Source: Octopus sinensis | Lineage: Eukaryota | Assembly: GCF_006345805.1 (NCBI RefSeq) | Contig: NC_043003.1 | Coordinates: 39,928,001 to 39,992,000, forward strand | Direction of reading: 5' to 3' | DNA length: 64,000 nt | In this document: positions 26,101 through 39,675 of the stretch, piece by piece | Position numbering within the stretch: position 1 is the first letter of the stretch | Layout of the letters: the number at the start of each line of letters is the position of its first letter | Notes under the pieces: generated by a model | What the model saw: only the letters and a program-made list of their open reading frames with translations | Database searches by the model: none | Told to the model about the DNA's origin: nothing | Program-made: the position numbers and the translations under genes

Positions 26101-26364
26101 TGCGTAGTAATCCTGTGGCTTCAAAAGCGTCCAGTTGCTAATCAGTTCGTTTATCAGCCAATGCATTTTTCACATTTTCCATTCAGAAAATATCTGATTC
26201 TATTTGTCTATATTCATCTTGGTAAGTCCCATTTCCCTTTTGTTCTGTCCATTTTCTTAAAAAATTATGCTTTTCTCAAGTCAGACATTTACTATCATAG
26301 CATATCAAAAACACTTCAGTACCAGTTGTACACTCATGTTAAATAAACATTTACTTTCTATTTC

Positions 26365-26715
26365 GTCTTTTACTTGTGTCAGTCATTCAACTGTGGCCAT
26401 GCTGGAGTACCGCCTTAAAAGGTTTTATGGTACATATCTACTCCAGTACGTATTTTAAAGTTTGGTACGTATTCTATCAGCCTCTTTCGCCGAACTTTTA
26501 CGTTGTGGGGACGTAAACAAAACAACACCGGTTGTCAAGCGATAGTAAGATAAATACTCACACACACAAACACACATATTACGACGAGCTTCCACACAGT
26601 TTCCGCAACCAAATTCACTCATAAAGCATTGGTTACTCTTGGGCTGTAGTAGACGGCCTTTGCCCAAGATACCACGCTATGGAACCGCACCCGGAACCAC
26701 GTAGTTGCACACGCT
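26365..26715 (-). mobile_element. SINE family A-related, diverged
   Basis: Tail, body and head order are conserved. Confidence 0.7.
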
Positions 26716-27039
26716 TCCGTTTCATTTTCTTTTCAAAATATATTTGTTTATAAGATTTTCGATGACGAAAATAGACAAAAAGAAGCAAAACCCGCCAAAC
26801 TCTGGACACTTTTTTCCCGCAGCTTCATATCTCCAAATTTTCGCCCTGTTACATATAATTATCCGCATTTATGCTTTGTAGGTCATAAGTGGAAATGCCA
26901 AACCTCGGATTAGTTTTTATTTTTCTTCCTTTTTAAAAAAAAATATTCCACTCCTTCCGCTTTAACTTTGTTTAGTCATGGCATTTTTAGTCACTGCTAT
27001 TATATTTCGTTTTTGCGACGATCATACGTGTGATTGTGC

Positions 27040-27104
<65 letters not shown>

Positions 27105-27507
27105 ATATATATGTATATGTGTGTGTGTGTGTGTTGTGTGTGTGTATGTGTAGTGGAGCGCTAAGCGTTTTTCTCTCTTTTACTACTTAGATTTTTGCCT
27201 TTACCGTTGTTCGCATAGCTAATTTACAAAAGATGTGTTCAAGAAGCTTGTAGATATCAATGCATAAAAAGATTTACGATGGTTTTTCATTTAGTAAAAC
27301 AAAAGTAATAATTATTGACATGCGGAATTATTTAATAAAACATATAAATAAAAATCATTGAAAATATACTGAGAGCTGAAGTGTGACACACACACATACA
27401 CACATATATATACATTAGTAAGCATATATACTTATACATAAGCATATATATTATATACATATATATACACACACACATATATACGTACGTCTGTATATAT
27501 AAATATG

Positions 27508-27538
<31 letters not shown>

Positions 27539-27586
27539 CATGCCTATATGTATATGTGTGTGTATATATATGTATATATAAATATG

Positions 27587-27620
<34 letters not shown>

Positions 27621-27629
27621 ATATATATA

Positions 27630-27674
<45 letters not shown>

Positions 27675-27681
<7 letters not shown>

Positions 27682-27870
27682 TAGGGAGAATTCACAAAAG
27701 AAAAACAAAAGACGAAGACAGGTAGTGTAGAAACAAATAGATGTATTAGTTTAACGCCCAGGAAGTAAAAAAGTCTTTAACGTTTCGAGCCTACGCTCTT
27801 CTACAGAAAGGAACGCAGAAAGAAACAAAGAGAGAAAATAAAAAATGTGAAGTGGCTAGCAATCTATCAT
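27675..27870 (-). mobile_element. pLTR-like element with CUGUAGA hammerhead-like motif (27775-27810); 3' end at (TA)n
   Basis: Minus strand: CTTT-CTGTAGA-A-GAGC(gtag)GCTC-GAAA-CG-TT-AAAG. Confidence 0.7.
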
Positions 27871-28187
27871 GGCGAATGATGGACAGTGGGGTCACACAGG
27901 AGAGCTAGGAAAAAGGGGAGATAATAAAGTAGTAATGATCCCAAATCGAAGGTGCGCGTGCGTGTGTATAACAGAGCATGTATGTGCGTGTGGAAGAGGG
28001 CTGGTAAGCTTGACGTGTGCGTGTGTATGTGTAGGTGTGTGGATGTGGGGCTGTGAAGTGGTCAGTGCTAGTGTGTGCGTGGTGGTGTGATGTATACATA
28101 TATAATATATGTGTGTATGTATGTTTGTATATGTATGTGTATATATATATAAGCCAAATAAGAAAAGTGAAAGAGATGTTTATTCCA

Positions 28188-28596
28188 TTTACTCTTTACT
28201 CTTTTACTTGTTTCAGTCATTTGACTGCGGCCATGCTGGAGCACCGCCTTTAGTCGAGCAAATCGACCCCGGGACTTATTCTTTGTAAGCCCAGTACTTA
28301 TTCTATCGGTCTCTTTTTGCCGAACCGCTATGTGACGGGGACGTAAACACACCAGCATCGGTTGTCAAGCAATGCTAGGGGGACAAACACAGACACACAA
28401 ACACACACACACATACATATATATTATATATATATACATATGTACAGGCTTCTTTCAGTTTCCGTCTACCAAATCCACTCACAAGGCATTGGTCGGCCCG
28501 GGGCTATAGCAGAAGACACTTGCCCAAGGAACCACGCAGTGGGACTGAACCCGGAACCATGTGGTTGGTTAGCAAGCTACTTACCACACAGCCACT
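28188..28596 (-). mobile_element. SINE family A, full length
   Basis: Close to the other young family A copies; tail followed by (GAGTAAA)-like repeats. Confidence 0.85.
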
Positions 28597-28704
28597 TCTT
28601 TGTTGAGAACTTTTTCGCAATCTGTGTCTAGTCTGTGTTTACTTACACCAGAGCGAGAGATCCTCCAAAACACATATAAATAAATAAATATAATATATAT
28701 AAAC

Positions 28705-28821
<117 letters not shown>

Positions 28822-29430
28822 AGGTAAATGAACTGTAATTTATTTCATTTTATTTTATTTTTTATTCATAAATTTTTTACCTCTCATATCTCTGTTTTTT
28901 TTTTTAGTACGGTCCAACTATGGACATTCTGGTATCTGTAAAGGGTACCAAATACATCTTATCTGCTACTACATAATGAGACAACTTTCTAAATGTAGCG
29001 GAGTTCTGGTGTTCACCTGCCATGATTCGATTCGATAAGTAATCTGTTTATTATACTACAGCACAATGTAAATTTTCTCTCAGCTATGCAATTCCCGGGC
29101 ATGCCAGTACATGCTTTTACAAGCCATGAGCATATAAGTCATGGACTGGCTAGGCGACTTGCCTTCAACACTAGGGTGTACGTGATGTTGACAAGCCACA
29201 AAAATGACGAAATATTGGTGTCAGTCACTCCCAAATGAGATTGAAAGCTAGTTAACTCGTCTGTCTATGACTCCGACGTGTTTTAACATCCGGCGCTTTG
29301 AGAGTTTCTATACTCCACCACGCTATTGCAGTCACCGGAAAATACACGAAGCTTATACGTCAAGTATATGCAGTTAATAATATCTATTATACTGGAGCTG
29401 CTTTAATTTCATCTGTGAATTTGATATATA

Positions 29431-29650
29431 CAGGAGTTGGATAAAATAATGGAAACTGCCTTTGGCAGCAATTACAACTTGAATTCTACGAGGTATGGAC
29501 TCGTAAAAAGTTTGAAACATTTCCAATCGAATTTTTGTCCATTTTTCAGCTAAAACAGTCTCCAGTTCTTGTAGTGATGATGGTAGAGGATATCGACTCC
29601 TTACTTGTTTTTCTAAAATGCACAATAAATGTTCAATAATAATGATATTT
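29431..29650 (-). mobile_element. Tc1-family transposon, 3' end (same family as 14425-15014)
   Basis: TA|CAGGAGTTGGATAAAATAATGGAAAC TIR; encodes IIEHLLCILEKQVRSR...LQELETVL...YESIPRRIQVVIAAKG. Confidence 0.85.
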
Positions 29651-29789
29651 CATAAACACGCCTCTAACCACCTGCCATGCGTCTAAACACCACGGCGTTT
29701 GACACTACTACCGCTGACGCTCATAATTCTTTTTTTTTTTAATCTGTAGTAGTCATAGCTAAGAGTAACTTTAAGCTAAATAAGGCTAG

Positions 29790-30520
29790 GATTTCTCAAA
29801 ATGTTGGTATCACCACTAATAAGTGTTGTGTAAATAATGCATGCAAATACACAATACAGTCAACGACACCTGAGGTCACGCAGCGTACTAGACTGACGGC
29901 CATGGGAATTTCAGATTCTTTCTCGAAATTTATTCGAATCAAAGAAAGTGCTGGGCCATCAGTCGCTAGAAAATCGGTGGTACATCTGTATGGATATATA
30001 GTGGCTGCCCCCTCGTTATCGAGTATGGCCATTGTTATCGTGCAATGCCTGTGCAAGAAGATTTTTTTAAGTGAAGAAAGGCTGTGCATTGAGTCAATCT
30101 CACTCACTCAGCAACAGCAGCCATAATCCGAAAAGAAGAACAAGTCAACATCATCGGTAACCACTAAGCCGCAGGTTTTATGTCGGAGTTATCCCAGTTA
30201 CCTGAGTTACCTTCTCCTAGAAGGATGCCTTAACAAAGGTTAGGAGTCCTTCACTCCCAATGGTTTAACCGTGCGATCGGGTATTCAGTCCGATTATTTC
30301 TATGTCCCCGCGCATGATACAGCCCTAAGACATTTATTGGCTGGCCGTTGACTCTCAAGAGTTCCTCCGCCCTTTAACGGGTTTTGCTTTTCACCCGCAG
30401 GGTGTCCAATAAACACCCTCCTCACCAAGCAAGCTTGGTGGGGTTGCCGGTTTAGTCGCCGACAACCCGACCATGCAACAGGTTGTACTGGGTTATATGT
30501 TACCAGTAGCATACATACAT
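29790..30520 (-). mobile_element. Probable RTE-clade LINE 5' portion (5'UTR and decayed AP-endonuclease start)
   Basis: Remnants resembling IAALSEVRL, TFFWSG, GVGFAI and LISGDTN (GDFN motif) across frameshifts; the 5'UTR resembles recalled RTE leaders. Confidence 0.45.
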
Positions 30521-30534
30521 ACAAGCATACATAC

Positions 30535-30591
<57 letters not shown>

Positions 30592-30616
30592 GACGATGAT
30601 GATAATGATGATGATA

Positions 30617-30662
<46 letters not shown>

Positions 30663-30681
30663 GATGATGATGATGATGATG

Positions 30682-30728
<47 letters not shown>

Positions 30729-31082
30729 TTCTTAAGCAACCAGAAGGTGGATTAGGTATTAATCTGTATTTTGTACAACGGTCGTTTCGACCCATCCTGC
30801 TATGGGTGGAACTCCGTTCAACATGTGTTGCATCCATTTTGAAGTCTGGGTCTCATCAGATACATCCATATATATATTTATATGTGTGGTTAGGTATATG
30901 TCGTTCGCGTATCAACTTTCATATGTGCCTAATGTTTGGGTATGACAATGTGATTAGGCTGGTAACTTAATATGTTAGGATGTAGCCATATCTAATGTAA
31001 CCAAGTCGAGTATGGAGTCTACACACACACACACGCATACACACACACGCACGCACGCATACACGCACACACACACACACAC

Positions 31083-31127
<45 letters not shown>

Positions 31128-33065
31128 CATAGACACAATGGACAGATACGCGCGTACTTATACAAATCTCTGTCACCCTGATTTCAGAAAGAAAAGCATC
31201 AGAAGAGAAATGATGATGATGACGACGATGATAATGATGATGATGACAGAGGAGATAATGATAATTATAACCTCGTGATGAGGGTCGTGATGATGATGAT
31301 AATAATGATTGTGATGATGTTAAGTAGAGTGAAGTTAGAAGCATCTAGCTAAACAGTTAAGTATATTAATTTTCGTTCTGCTCAGTTTTGATTTCACATC
31401 TAGTCCGTAGTGGAGAAAATTTAATATCAGTAATATACCAGTTTCTATTAAATCAATTATATCATCTGCCTTATTTCTATAGTGTACCTTCTTATATGAA
31501 ATCAATATGGTGTACAATATGAAATGATATATTAGTTACAGACAGGATGGCTCCACGAAGATAAACTATTACCTCACCTCTATCTCTGTGATGTATTTGC
31601 TTATATAAAAATCCATATGGTGAACAATATATAATATAACTTTAGTTTGGAGTTAGTCTTAGTAAGTTACATATTAAACTACCTCCAGAATTCGCTTGCT
31701 GTCCTGGATTTCACGACGTATTTTTCTAAAATAACTCAAAAATTTACTGCGCAATTTAAAGGACGATGGTTATATTTTTCAGAAACCATTTTAAACCCTA
31801 GTGAAGTTATGCTAAATCAAACTATCATTCATTTATATGATTTATATATGACATATATAGGTCTCTAACAAAACGGAGATTTTCAATCTAGGTAAATAAA
31901 ATGGCCGATCATGAGTGAAAGCCAGAGCGTTTTCACGGAGACATTTTCACAAACGTATTCACGTTATTCATCAAATAAATTGGCGTTAACTTTCCTATGT
32001 AATTGTTTTGTTTCATTTTAACAAAATACAAATAAGCATGACACTTAACTTATGCAACAATTTTCTTTCATTTTCTGGATTTTAAGCAAAAAAGAAGAAA
32101 AAATTACGAATAAATTATTTTACACTTCACTTCCACTTCACTTCCGGTTATCAATTTTATTTCCTTACTTTCTAGTCGGTCATTTTATGTGCTTAAATAG
32201 AAAGATAGGCAACAGAAAATCTTTGTAAAGCAAGTAAAAGTGCTTAGACCTGGTTTTTAATTTAATTTATTTTTTACTGAATTTTCAAGTAAAATTTGGG
32301 ATGTCTTTGAGGTCACAGGGGCCTCAATGTCAAGGATATACGGTAGTTTCAGCAAGCAGTTATGTTTATAAGGTAAGTTACTCGCAGATAGAAACTAATT
32401 TCTGTGATTAGCCACCATTGTGTTATCCTGTCTGCCTGTTGTCTATTCTTGTTTTCTTGTATTGTTTTTAATGGCTTGAACAATTGGACTGATAGCCATT
32501 CTGGTCCACTCCCTTCAAGAGTTTTACATCCATCATTTCGATTCCCGTGCTTATTTTAGTTCAGTACTTATTTTATCGATAGCTATTTAGATAAACATTT
32601 TATTGACATAAAACGGTTCGCTCTTTATGCTCCTTTTATTCTCTTAAAGGGAACTTAAAGATATACACCATAAATTAAACACAAATATTTATGTAGGAAA
32701 TGTGAGTGGAATTCGAAAGATGGAAAATCTTAAGCACAATTTTCAACTGAACGAAATATTAGAAAAATGAACGCTTAAAAAAATCGAAAATTTAGAATGT
32801 TAAAAGCTCCGAATAGTGAAATATTTTAGGAGTAAATAAGACAAGTGATATTAAAAGATAATTATTTGTAGTTTTAAGAGGAGTGTATGTGTGAAACATA
32901 GTATGGAACATTTTTCTTAAGAAAGAGTAAAAATGTATACCAAGACTATGATATCGAAAGCATAACCGAAAACTTTATTGAATATTTTCGCTCTTTTATT
33001 GTTGAATATTTTCTTTCTCTTATAAATATACCGAACGATCAAATACCAAACTGTGTGTGTGTATG

Positions 33066-33127
<62 letters not shown>

Positions 33128-33429
33128 TATATAAATTAGAGATAAAACCACTATTAGGCAAATCAAACAGTGAAAATCATAAGCCAATACACAGAAATAA
33201 AATTAATTAAAAAATATATAAAAAATATAAAATATAAAATATAAAAATCCAATTAAAATATTTAAATTAAAGTTAAATTTTTTAAAATTATTTAAATTAA
33301 TAATTTAAACTTATAAATTATAAATATATATATTTTTATTATTATTTTATATAATTATTTATTTAAAAAATCTTTTTTATTAAAAAAAATTTTTTTTTTT
33401 TATATTTTATTTATTTATCTTTTTGAAAT

Positions 33430-33620
33430 TTACAGAAAAACAACAGGCGAAGACAGGTGTATGAACAACAAGCAGGTGTATTAGTTTGACGCTCGGAAAA
33501 GTGGAAAAGTCTTTTACGTTTCGAGCCTGCGCTCTTCAACAGGAAGGAATGAGAGAAAATAAACAGAGAGAATAAAAAGAAAAAAATTGTGGATTTCGCG
33601 GTCAAGCATATCGACTCATA
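33430..33620 (-). mobile_element. pLTR-like element with CUGUUGA hammerhead-like motif (33511-33546)
   Basis: Minus strand: CTTC-CTGTTGA-A-GAGC(gcag)GCTC-GAAA-CG-TA-AAAG; same family as 2200 and 27675. Confidence 0.65.
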
Positions 33621-33707
33621 TATATATATATATATATAATATATATATATATATAATATATATATATGAGTCGATATGCTTGACCGCTAAATCAACAATT
33701 TTTTTCT

Positions 33708-33740
<33 letters not shown>

Positions 33741-34420
33741 TATATATATATAAAGTCGAATTTAAAGTTAAAGTTAAATATTTAGAAAGTAGGCGTTAAA
33801 TGCAGTATCCAAACCTTGTTTCAGGATAAGTCCCAGGTAGTGTGTCTGCGGAGCACGTTCATCACTAATGGCTGCCAGGCGTCGTCAGCGATACCTTACA
33901 TTCATCGTTGGATCTACGTCCATAAATTCCAGGGTGCACATATGTGTGTGTGTGCGCGTGCGTATGTGTGCGCGCGCGCGCAAGGAAAGAGTGAAGACAA
34001 AGAGAGACAAGCAAACCACATTTTTGTCAATTCGACCCGTTACTCGTTTGATATGTTCACGTTTGAAATGAAAGAGGAAAAACAAAATAATTAAGAATGA
34101 GCCAATTTAAAGAAGCTAAATATTCGATAAATAAACTATTTAAACTTTTCTCTACGATATCTCCGATATCGTATCCTTGCAATGCACGTTCAATGATTTT
34201 CCAAGTTAATAAGTATTTCTCAAATAGACTCCCTTTTAAAAATATATACAATGTCATTTGATACCAATTTTCTTGTTATTTTTCTCTAAATTACTTCAAA
34301 ATTCAATGTTTCGATTTTTCGACATTATGGCATTCGGTATTCTAAGATTTCATCCTTTCAAGCTTTCGGTATTCTGATTTTTCGATCATTTGAATTTCGT
34401 TCTTCTTTCCTTATGAACAA

Positions 34421-34519
<99 letters not shown>

Positions 34520-34855
34520 TCCTCTGTGTCTTTCTCTGTGTATATATGTGCACACACTCACACACATACACACACATGGTTGTGTGCATATGTGTGGGTG
34601 TTGTGGGTATATATTTACATTACACACACACGCACACACGCACACATACGCACGCACGCACCCTACGGGTTTGTGCACAGTTTACGCCCACTAAATTCCA
34701 CTCACTAACTGAATTGCTGAACAACACAAATTTCCTGTTAGTTTATTATTTTTGTTGCTCGATTGTTTAATTTATCACTCATTTTTCAAGACAGTTAATT
34801 GTGATTTGACTGAAGTTTGGCTGCTATTTCTAGTATGTGGAATGTCAGTGTAGAG

Positions 34856-35095
34856 CAGGGGTTCTCAACCGGGATCCATATGAGATTTTGTTCTTAAAAT
34901 TTGTGCGCAATAAATTCCTTATACTTCTACAATACACAAAAATTTTAACATTTTTTGAAAATACAATTCCAAATAATATTTCATTATGAATATATAAAGA
35001 ATTCTTTAAAATATCGAATGGCTAGGAGGATCTGTCTGAGTAAAATAAGAATCAAAGGGGTCCCTAGAGGACCTTAAGTAAAAATAGTTGGGAAC
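34856..35095 (+). mobile_element. hAT (Charlie-like) MITE
   Basis: Starts CAGGGGTTCTCAACC and ends at a degenerate AGTTGGGAAC; followed by ATCTAGAT (NTCTAGAN-type site). Confidence 0.65.
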
Positions 35096-35103
35096 ATCTA
35101 GAT

Positions 35104-35783
35104 CAGTAATTCTCAACCAGGGTCCATATGGCTCATGAGGGCAGGGCCGGATTAAGACCCATCGAGGCCCTGAGTACTAAAAAGATTTCGGTGCCCCCAT
35201 AAAAATTTTGTAATTCAAAATATAAACAATAACAAACCATAAAATAAATGCTAATTTTTGTATACTTCCACTTTATTTATATTTGAAAAGTTACCTCCTG
35301 CTTTTTTTGAATTGCAAAGCCTTTGATCAGAACCTCAAAATTAATCTTAGGTAAGAACATCTGCATCTATACTTAATAGAGATAAAGGCATCCCGAATAT
35401 TATTTTAGTTAAGTTTAAAGTGATTTCTTTTGTGCCGTAAACTATTTACCATTTCTGTGATGCCTCCTCTCTCTCTCTTGGTGCCATAAGCACGTGCTTA
35501 TTTTACCTAATTGTTAATCCAGTGCTGCCTGAGGGTCCATATAAGATTTCTGGGGGTCCACACAACAAAATAGTAAATTGGAGATCGACAATAGTATTTT
35601 AAGGGCTCCTAACATTTTACATAGTTCAACCTACAGAAGTTAATGTGTGGAAAACAAAATAGGAATTTTGAAAGGTGTTTCTATAAAACTAGTTTTTAAA
35701 AATCGAATGGTTATGTGGGGTCCACCAAAATAAAGTAGTAATCAAAGGGGTCTATAGATACAAAAACTGGTTGAGAACCCATG
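35104..35783 (+). mobile_element. hAT (Charlie-like) MITE interrupted by a nested hAT element
   Basis: Termini CAGTAATTCTCAACC...GGTTGAGAACCCATG. Confidence 0.7.
35142..35527. mobile_element. Nested non-autonomous hAT element
   Basis: TIRs CAGGGCCGGATTAAG / GTTAATCCAGTGCTG; 8-bp TSD CATGAGGG / CCTGAGGG. Confidence 0.75.
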
Positions 35784-35819
35784 CTCTAAAAGTTCATTGA
35801 CGTTGCAGCTCTCATCGTT

Positions 35820-37080
35820 GTTGTTGGTGGTGGTAATGCTAGCAGTGATGGTGATGGTGATAGTGATGGTGACAGAGGTGGTGATGGTAGTGGTAGTGAT
35901 GGTGGTGGTGGTGGTGGTGGTGGTGGTGGTGGTGGTGGTAGTGGTGGTGGTAGAGATGGTGATGGTGAGGTAGTGATGGTGGTGGTGGTGGTTGTGGTAA
36001 CGGTGGTGATGGTGACAGAGGTAGGATGGTAGTAGTGGTGGTGGTGGTGATGGTGGTGGTGGTAGTGGTGGTGGTAGAGATGGTGATGGTAGTAGTGGTG
36101 GTGAGGTAGTGATGGTGGTGGTTGTGGTAACGGTGGTGATGGTGACAGAGGTGGGATGGTAGTAGTGGTGGTGGTGGTGGTGGTAGTGGTGGTGGTAGAG
36201 ATGGTGATGGTAGTAGTGGTGGTGAGGTAGTGATGGTGGTGGTTGTGGTAACGGTGGTGATGGTGACAGAGGTGGGATGGTAGTAGTGGTGGTGGTGGTG
36301 GTGGTAGTGGTGGTGGTAGAGATGGTGATGGTAGTAGTGGTGGTGAGGTAGTGATGGTGGTGGTTGTGGTAACGGTGGTGATGGTGACAGAGGTGGGATG
36401 GTAGTAGTGTGGTGGTGGTGGTGGGTAGGTAGTGGTGGTATAGATGGTGATGGTAGTAGTGGTGGTGAGGTATGATGGTGGTGGTTGTGGTAACGGTGGT
36501 GATGGTGACAGAGGTGGGATGGTAGTAGTGGTGGTGGTGGTGGTGGTAGTGGTGGTGAGGTAGAGATGGGGATGGTAGTGGTGGTGAGGTAGTGATGGTG
36601 ACAGGTGGGATGGTAGTAGTGGTGGTGGTGGTAGAGATGGGGATGGTAGTAGTGGTGAGGTAGTGATGGTGGTGGTAGTGGTAATGATGGTGATGGTGAT
36701 AGAGGTGAGATGGTAGTAGTGGTGGTGGTGATGGTAGTGTTGGTAGTGGCGGTGGTAGAGATGGTGATGGTAGTAGTGGTGGTGAGGTAGTGATGGTGGT
36801 GGCAGTGGTGATGGCGGTGGATTGATGGCGGAGAGGTAGTAGTGTTGGTAGTAATGGTGGTGATGGTAGTGGTGATCGTGGTGATCGTGGTAGAGATGGT
36901 GATAGTAGTAGTGGTGGTACGAGTATTAGTGGTGGTGGTAGTGGTGATGGTGGTGGCGTGGCAGTGGTGGTAGTAACGGTGGTGATGGTCGTGGTAATGG
37001 TCGTATTGTTGGTGATAGCGATGGAGTTGATGGTGGTGGTAGGGGTAGTGATGGTGGCGCTGGAGGTTGTATTGGTAGCA
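35820..37080. repeat. GGT/GAT/AGT low-complexity tract with a 121-bp higher-order repeat
   Basis: The GTTGTGGTAACGGTGGTGATGGTGACAGAGG marker recurs with spacings of 130, 121, 121 and 121 bp. Confidence 0.85.
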
Positions 37081-38376
37081 GTATTAGTCGTTGATTTTTC
37101 TCGTTTTTTTTGTTTGATTTGTTTGTTTTTTTATATATATTATTTGTTTTCATTTTTTTATATTTTTCATTTTTTTTGTTATCGTTACTGTCCTGTGGCA
37201 ATTCTCTCTTAACAGCAGCAGCAGCAGCACCACCACCACCACCACCACCACAACCACCACCACCACCATCCCACCACCACCACCATCATCAACACCTCCA
37301 CCATAACCATCGCTAGCAACTGTTATCATCACCATCATCATCACCAACTTACTACAATCTCCACCGCCATAACAACAATCAGCACCGCCCTCACCATCAC
37401 CGCCGCAAAAACTACTACTACCACCACCACCACCACTATCACCACCACCATCACTACAATTACAACCAATTACTACCATCATCGCTATTACTATCACAAT
37501 CACCACCACCACCACCACCACAACCACCACAACAACAACAACAACAACCACTACCACAACCACCACTACCATGATTATCATCATTATCGTCGTCGTCATC
37601 ATCATCATCATCATCATCGCCGTCCTCTATCCTTGTTATCTTAAAATGGTCGCTCATCCTGGTAGAAATAGCAGCCTAGTCAACTTCAATTCACATCCGC
37701 TTGTCACAAACAATAAAGGACACATTTGGATAATGTAATCCTAGATACACCATGCATGGAAATATGACAGTTTGGACACAAGACCGATTCGATCAGGCTT
37801 GGTATGAAACATCAACATTGCAACCACCAAAACCACCAACACCACTACCAGCACCACCAGCAGCAGCACCACCACCACCATCATCCTCATCATCATCATC
37901 ATCATCATCATTATCATCATATCGTTGTCATCCTCACCACCACCACCACCATCACCACTATCCTCCTCCTCCTGCTCCTCCTCCTCCTGCTCCTCCTGCT
38001 CCTGCTCCTCCTGCTCCTGCTCCTCCTCCTCCTGCTCCTCATCATCATTATCACCACCCCATATATCATTCTCCACCACCGTCATCCACCACTCCTACAA
38101 TACAATTGCACATAATGATGGTGGTTGTGGTGGTGGTGGTGGTGGTAAAATTGATGATGATGGTGGTGATGATGATGATGATGATGATGATGACGATGAC
38201 AACGACGATGACGATGACAGTGGTGGTGGTGGTGGTGGTGGTGGTGGCGGTGACGGTGGTGACGGTGACGGTGGTGACGGTGACGAGGGTGCGAGCGAAG
38301 CACAAAAGCAGCAACAAGAACTGGGCGATGAGGTGGGGGGAGTGGTATTGCGAGGAGTAGCTGCAAGTAATAGTAT

Positions 38377-38411
<35 letters not shown>

Positions 38412-38441
38412 ATATTGGGATAAGGAGGAAGAGAGAAGAAG

Positions 38442-38541
38442 NNNNNNNNNNNNNNNNNNNNNNNNNNNNNNNNNNNNNNNNNNNNNNNNNNNNNNNNNNN
38501 NNNNNNNNNNNNNNNNNNNNNNNNNNNNNNNNNNNNNNNNN
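38442..38541. other. Assembly gap (100 N)
   Basis: Run of N. Confidence 1.
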
Positions 38542-38867
38542 TTACAGTGGAAATAAGAACAACAGCAACAGTATATAGAGTGTAGTATTGCTAGCCGACC
38601 CTGGCGTGTATGACTTTGTAACACATACCGTGCTTTCGCTAATTGTTTTAGGCGCCTGTGTGATTGCGAGCAGATACAGATGCTCTCTTGGTCCTCTTAC
38701 ACTTAACCCTATGAAACATCTGTTGTGTGAAAGCTTGAGGAAGAAAGTGAGTGTTGTACCAGAAGTTGATCGATGCCCCGTTTGCAGATGATCAGAAACC
38801 AATCAGTGGCGTGTTTGCAACTGAATAGATTAGAGTAATGTGAAATGTATGTTGTGTACGTGTGTGT

Positions 38868-38943
<76 letters not shown>

Positions 38944-39675
38944 CATTCATGGTTATACCAGTCGCAGTATTCGGTCCAAAAACTGAATTCGCAACAGGAA
39001 AATTATGGTAATCGTCGGAAAGTTATGGTTACACCTGGAATCATCACCATCGTTGTCGTCATCGCCGTCGTCGTCATCGCCGTCGTCGTCATCGCCGTCG
39101 TCGTCATCGCCGTCGTCGTCATCGCCGTCGTCATCATCGCCGTCGTCGTCATCGCTGTCGCTGTCGTCGTCAGAATCATCATCATCATCATCACCACCAC
39201 CATCTTCATCATCAACAACAACAACAACAACAACACAACAACAACAACAGTAACAACATCATCATCATCAACCCCCAGGACATTATTGCCTCGAGTCTGG
39301 GGAGTCACAAGACCGGTTTATTCAGTTTCCATAGTGTATATGTGACTGAAATCAGAGTATTTCCCCCTGAACGAGACACTAGTGCGTTGCAGGGTTACCC
39401 ATTTACAGCTAAGTAGGCTGGAGCAACGTAAAATGAAGTGTTTTGCTCAAGAACACGACACAACGCCAGATCCGGAAGTCGAAACTACGATCCAACCACA
39501 AGGGCACACACTTTCACTTCAAGATCACCAGCCAAGGTAACCTACAACAACAAATATACGAACTGACAAATACTACGAGCCATGGAGAGGGAACCTCACC
39601 GAGCTCGCTCGTCTTGCTGGAAATGAGCTGCTGAAATTCTCTCAAATCACACATTATGACTTTGGATTAGAGAAG

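Noticed and set aside
35820-38430. Mucin-like or Gly/His-rich exon
   Set aside because: The reading frame is not maintained (121-bp period, frequent stops), no splice context is evident, and the ORF at 37925-38578 runs through an N gap.
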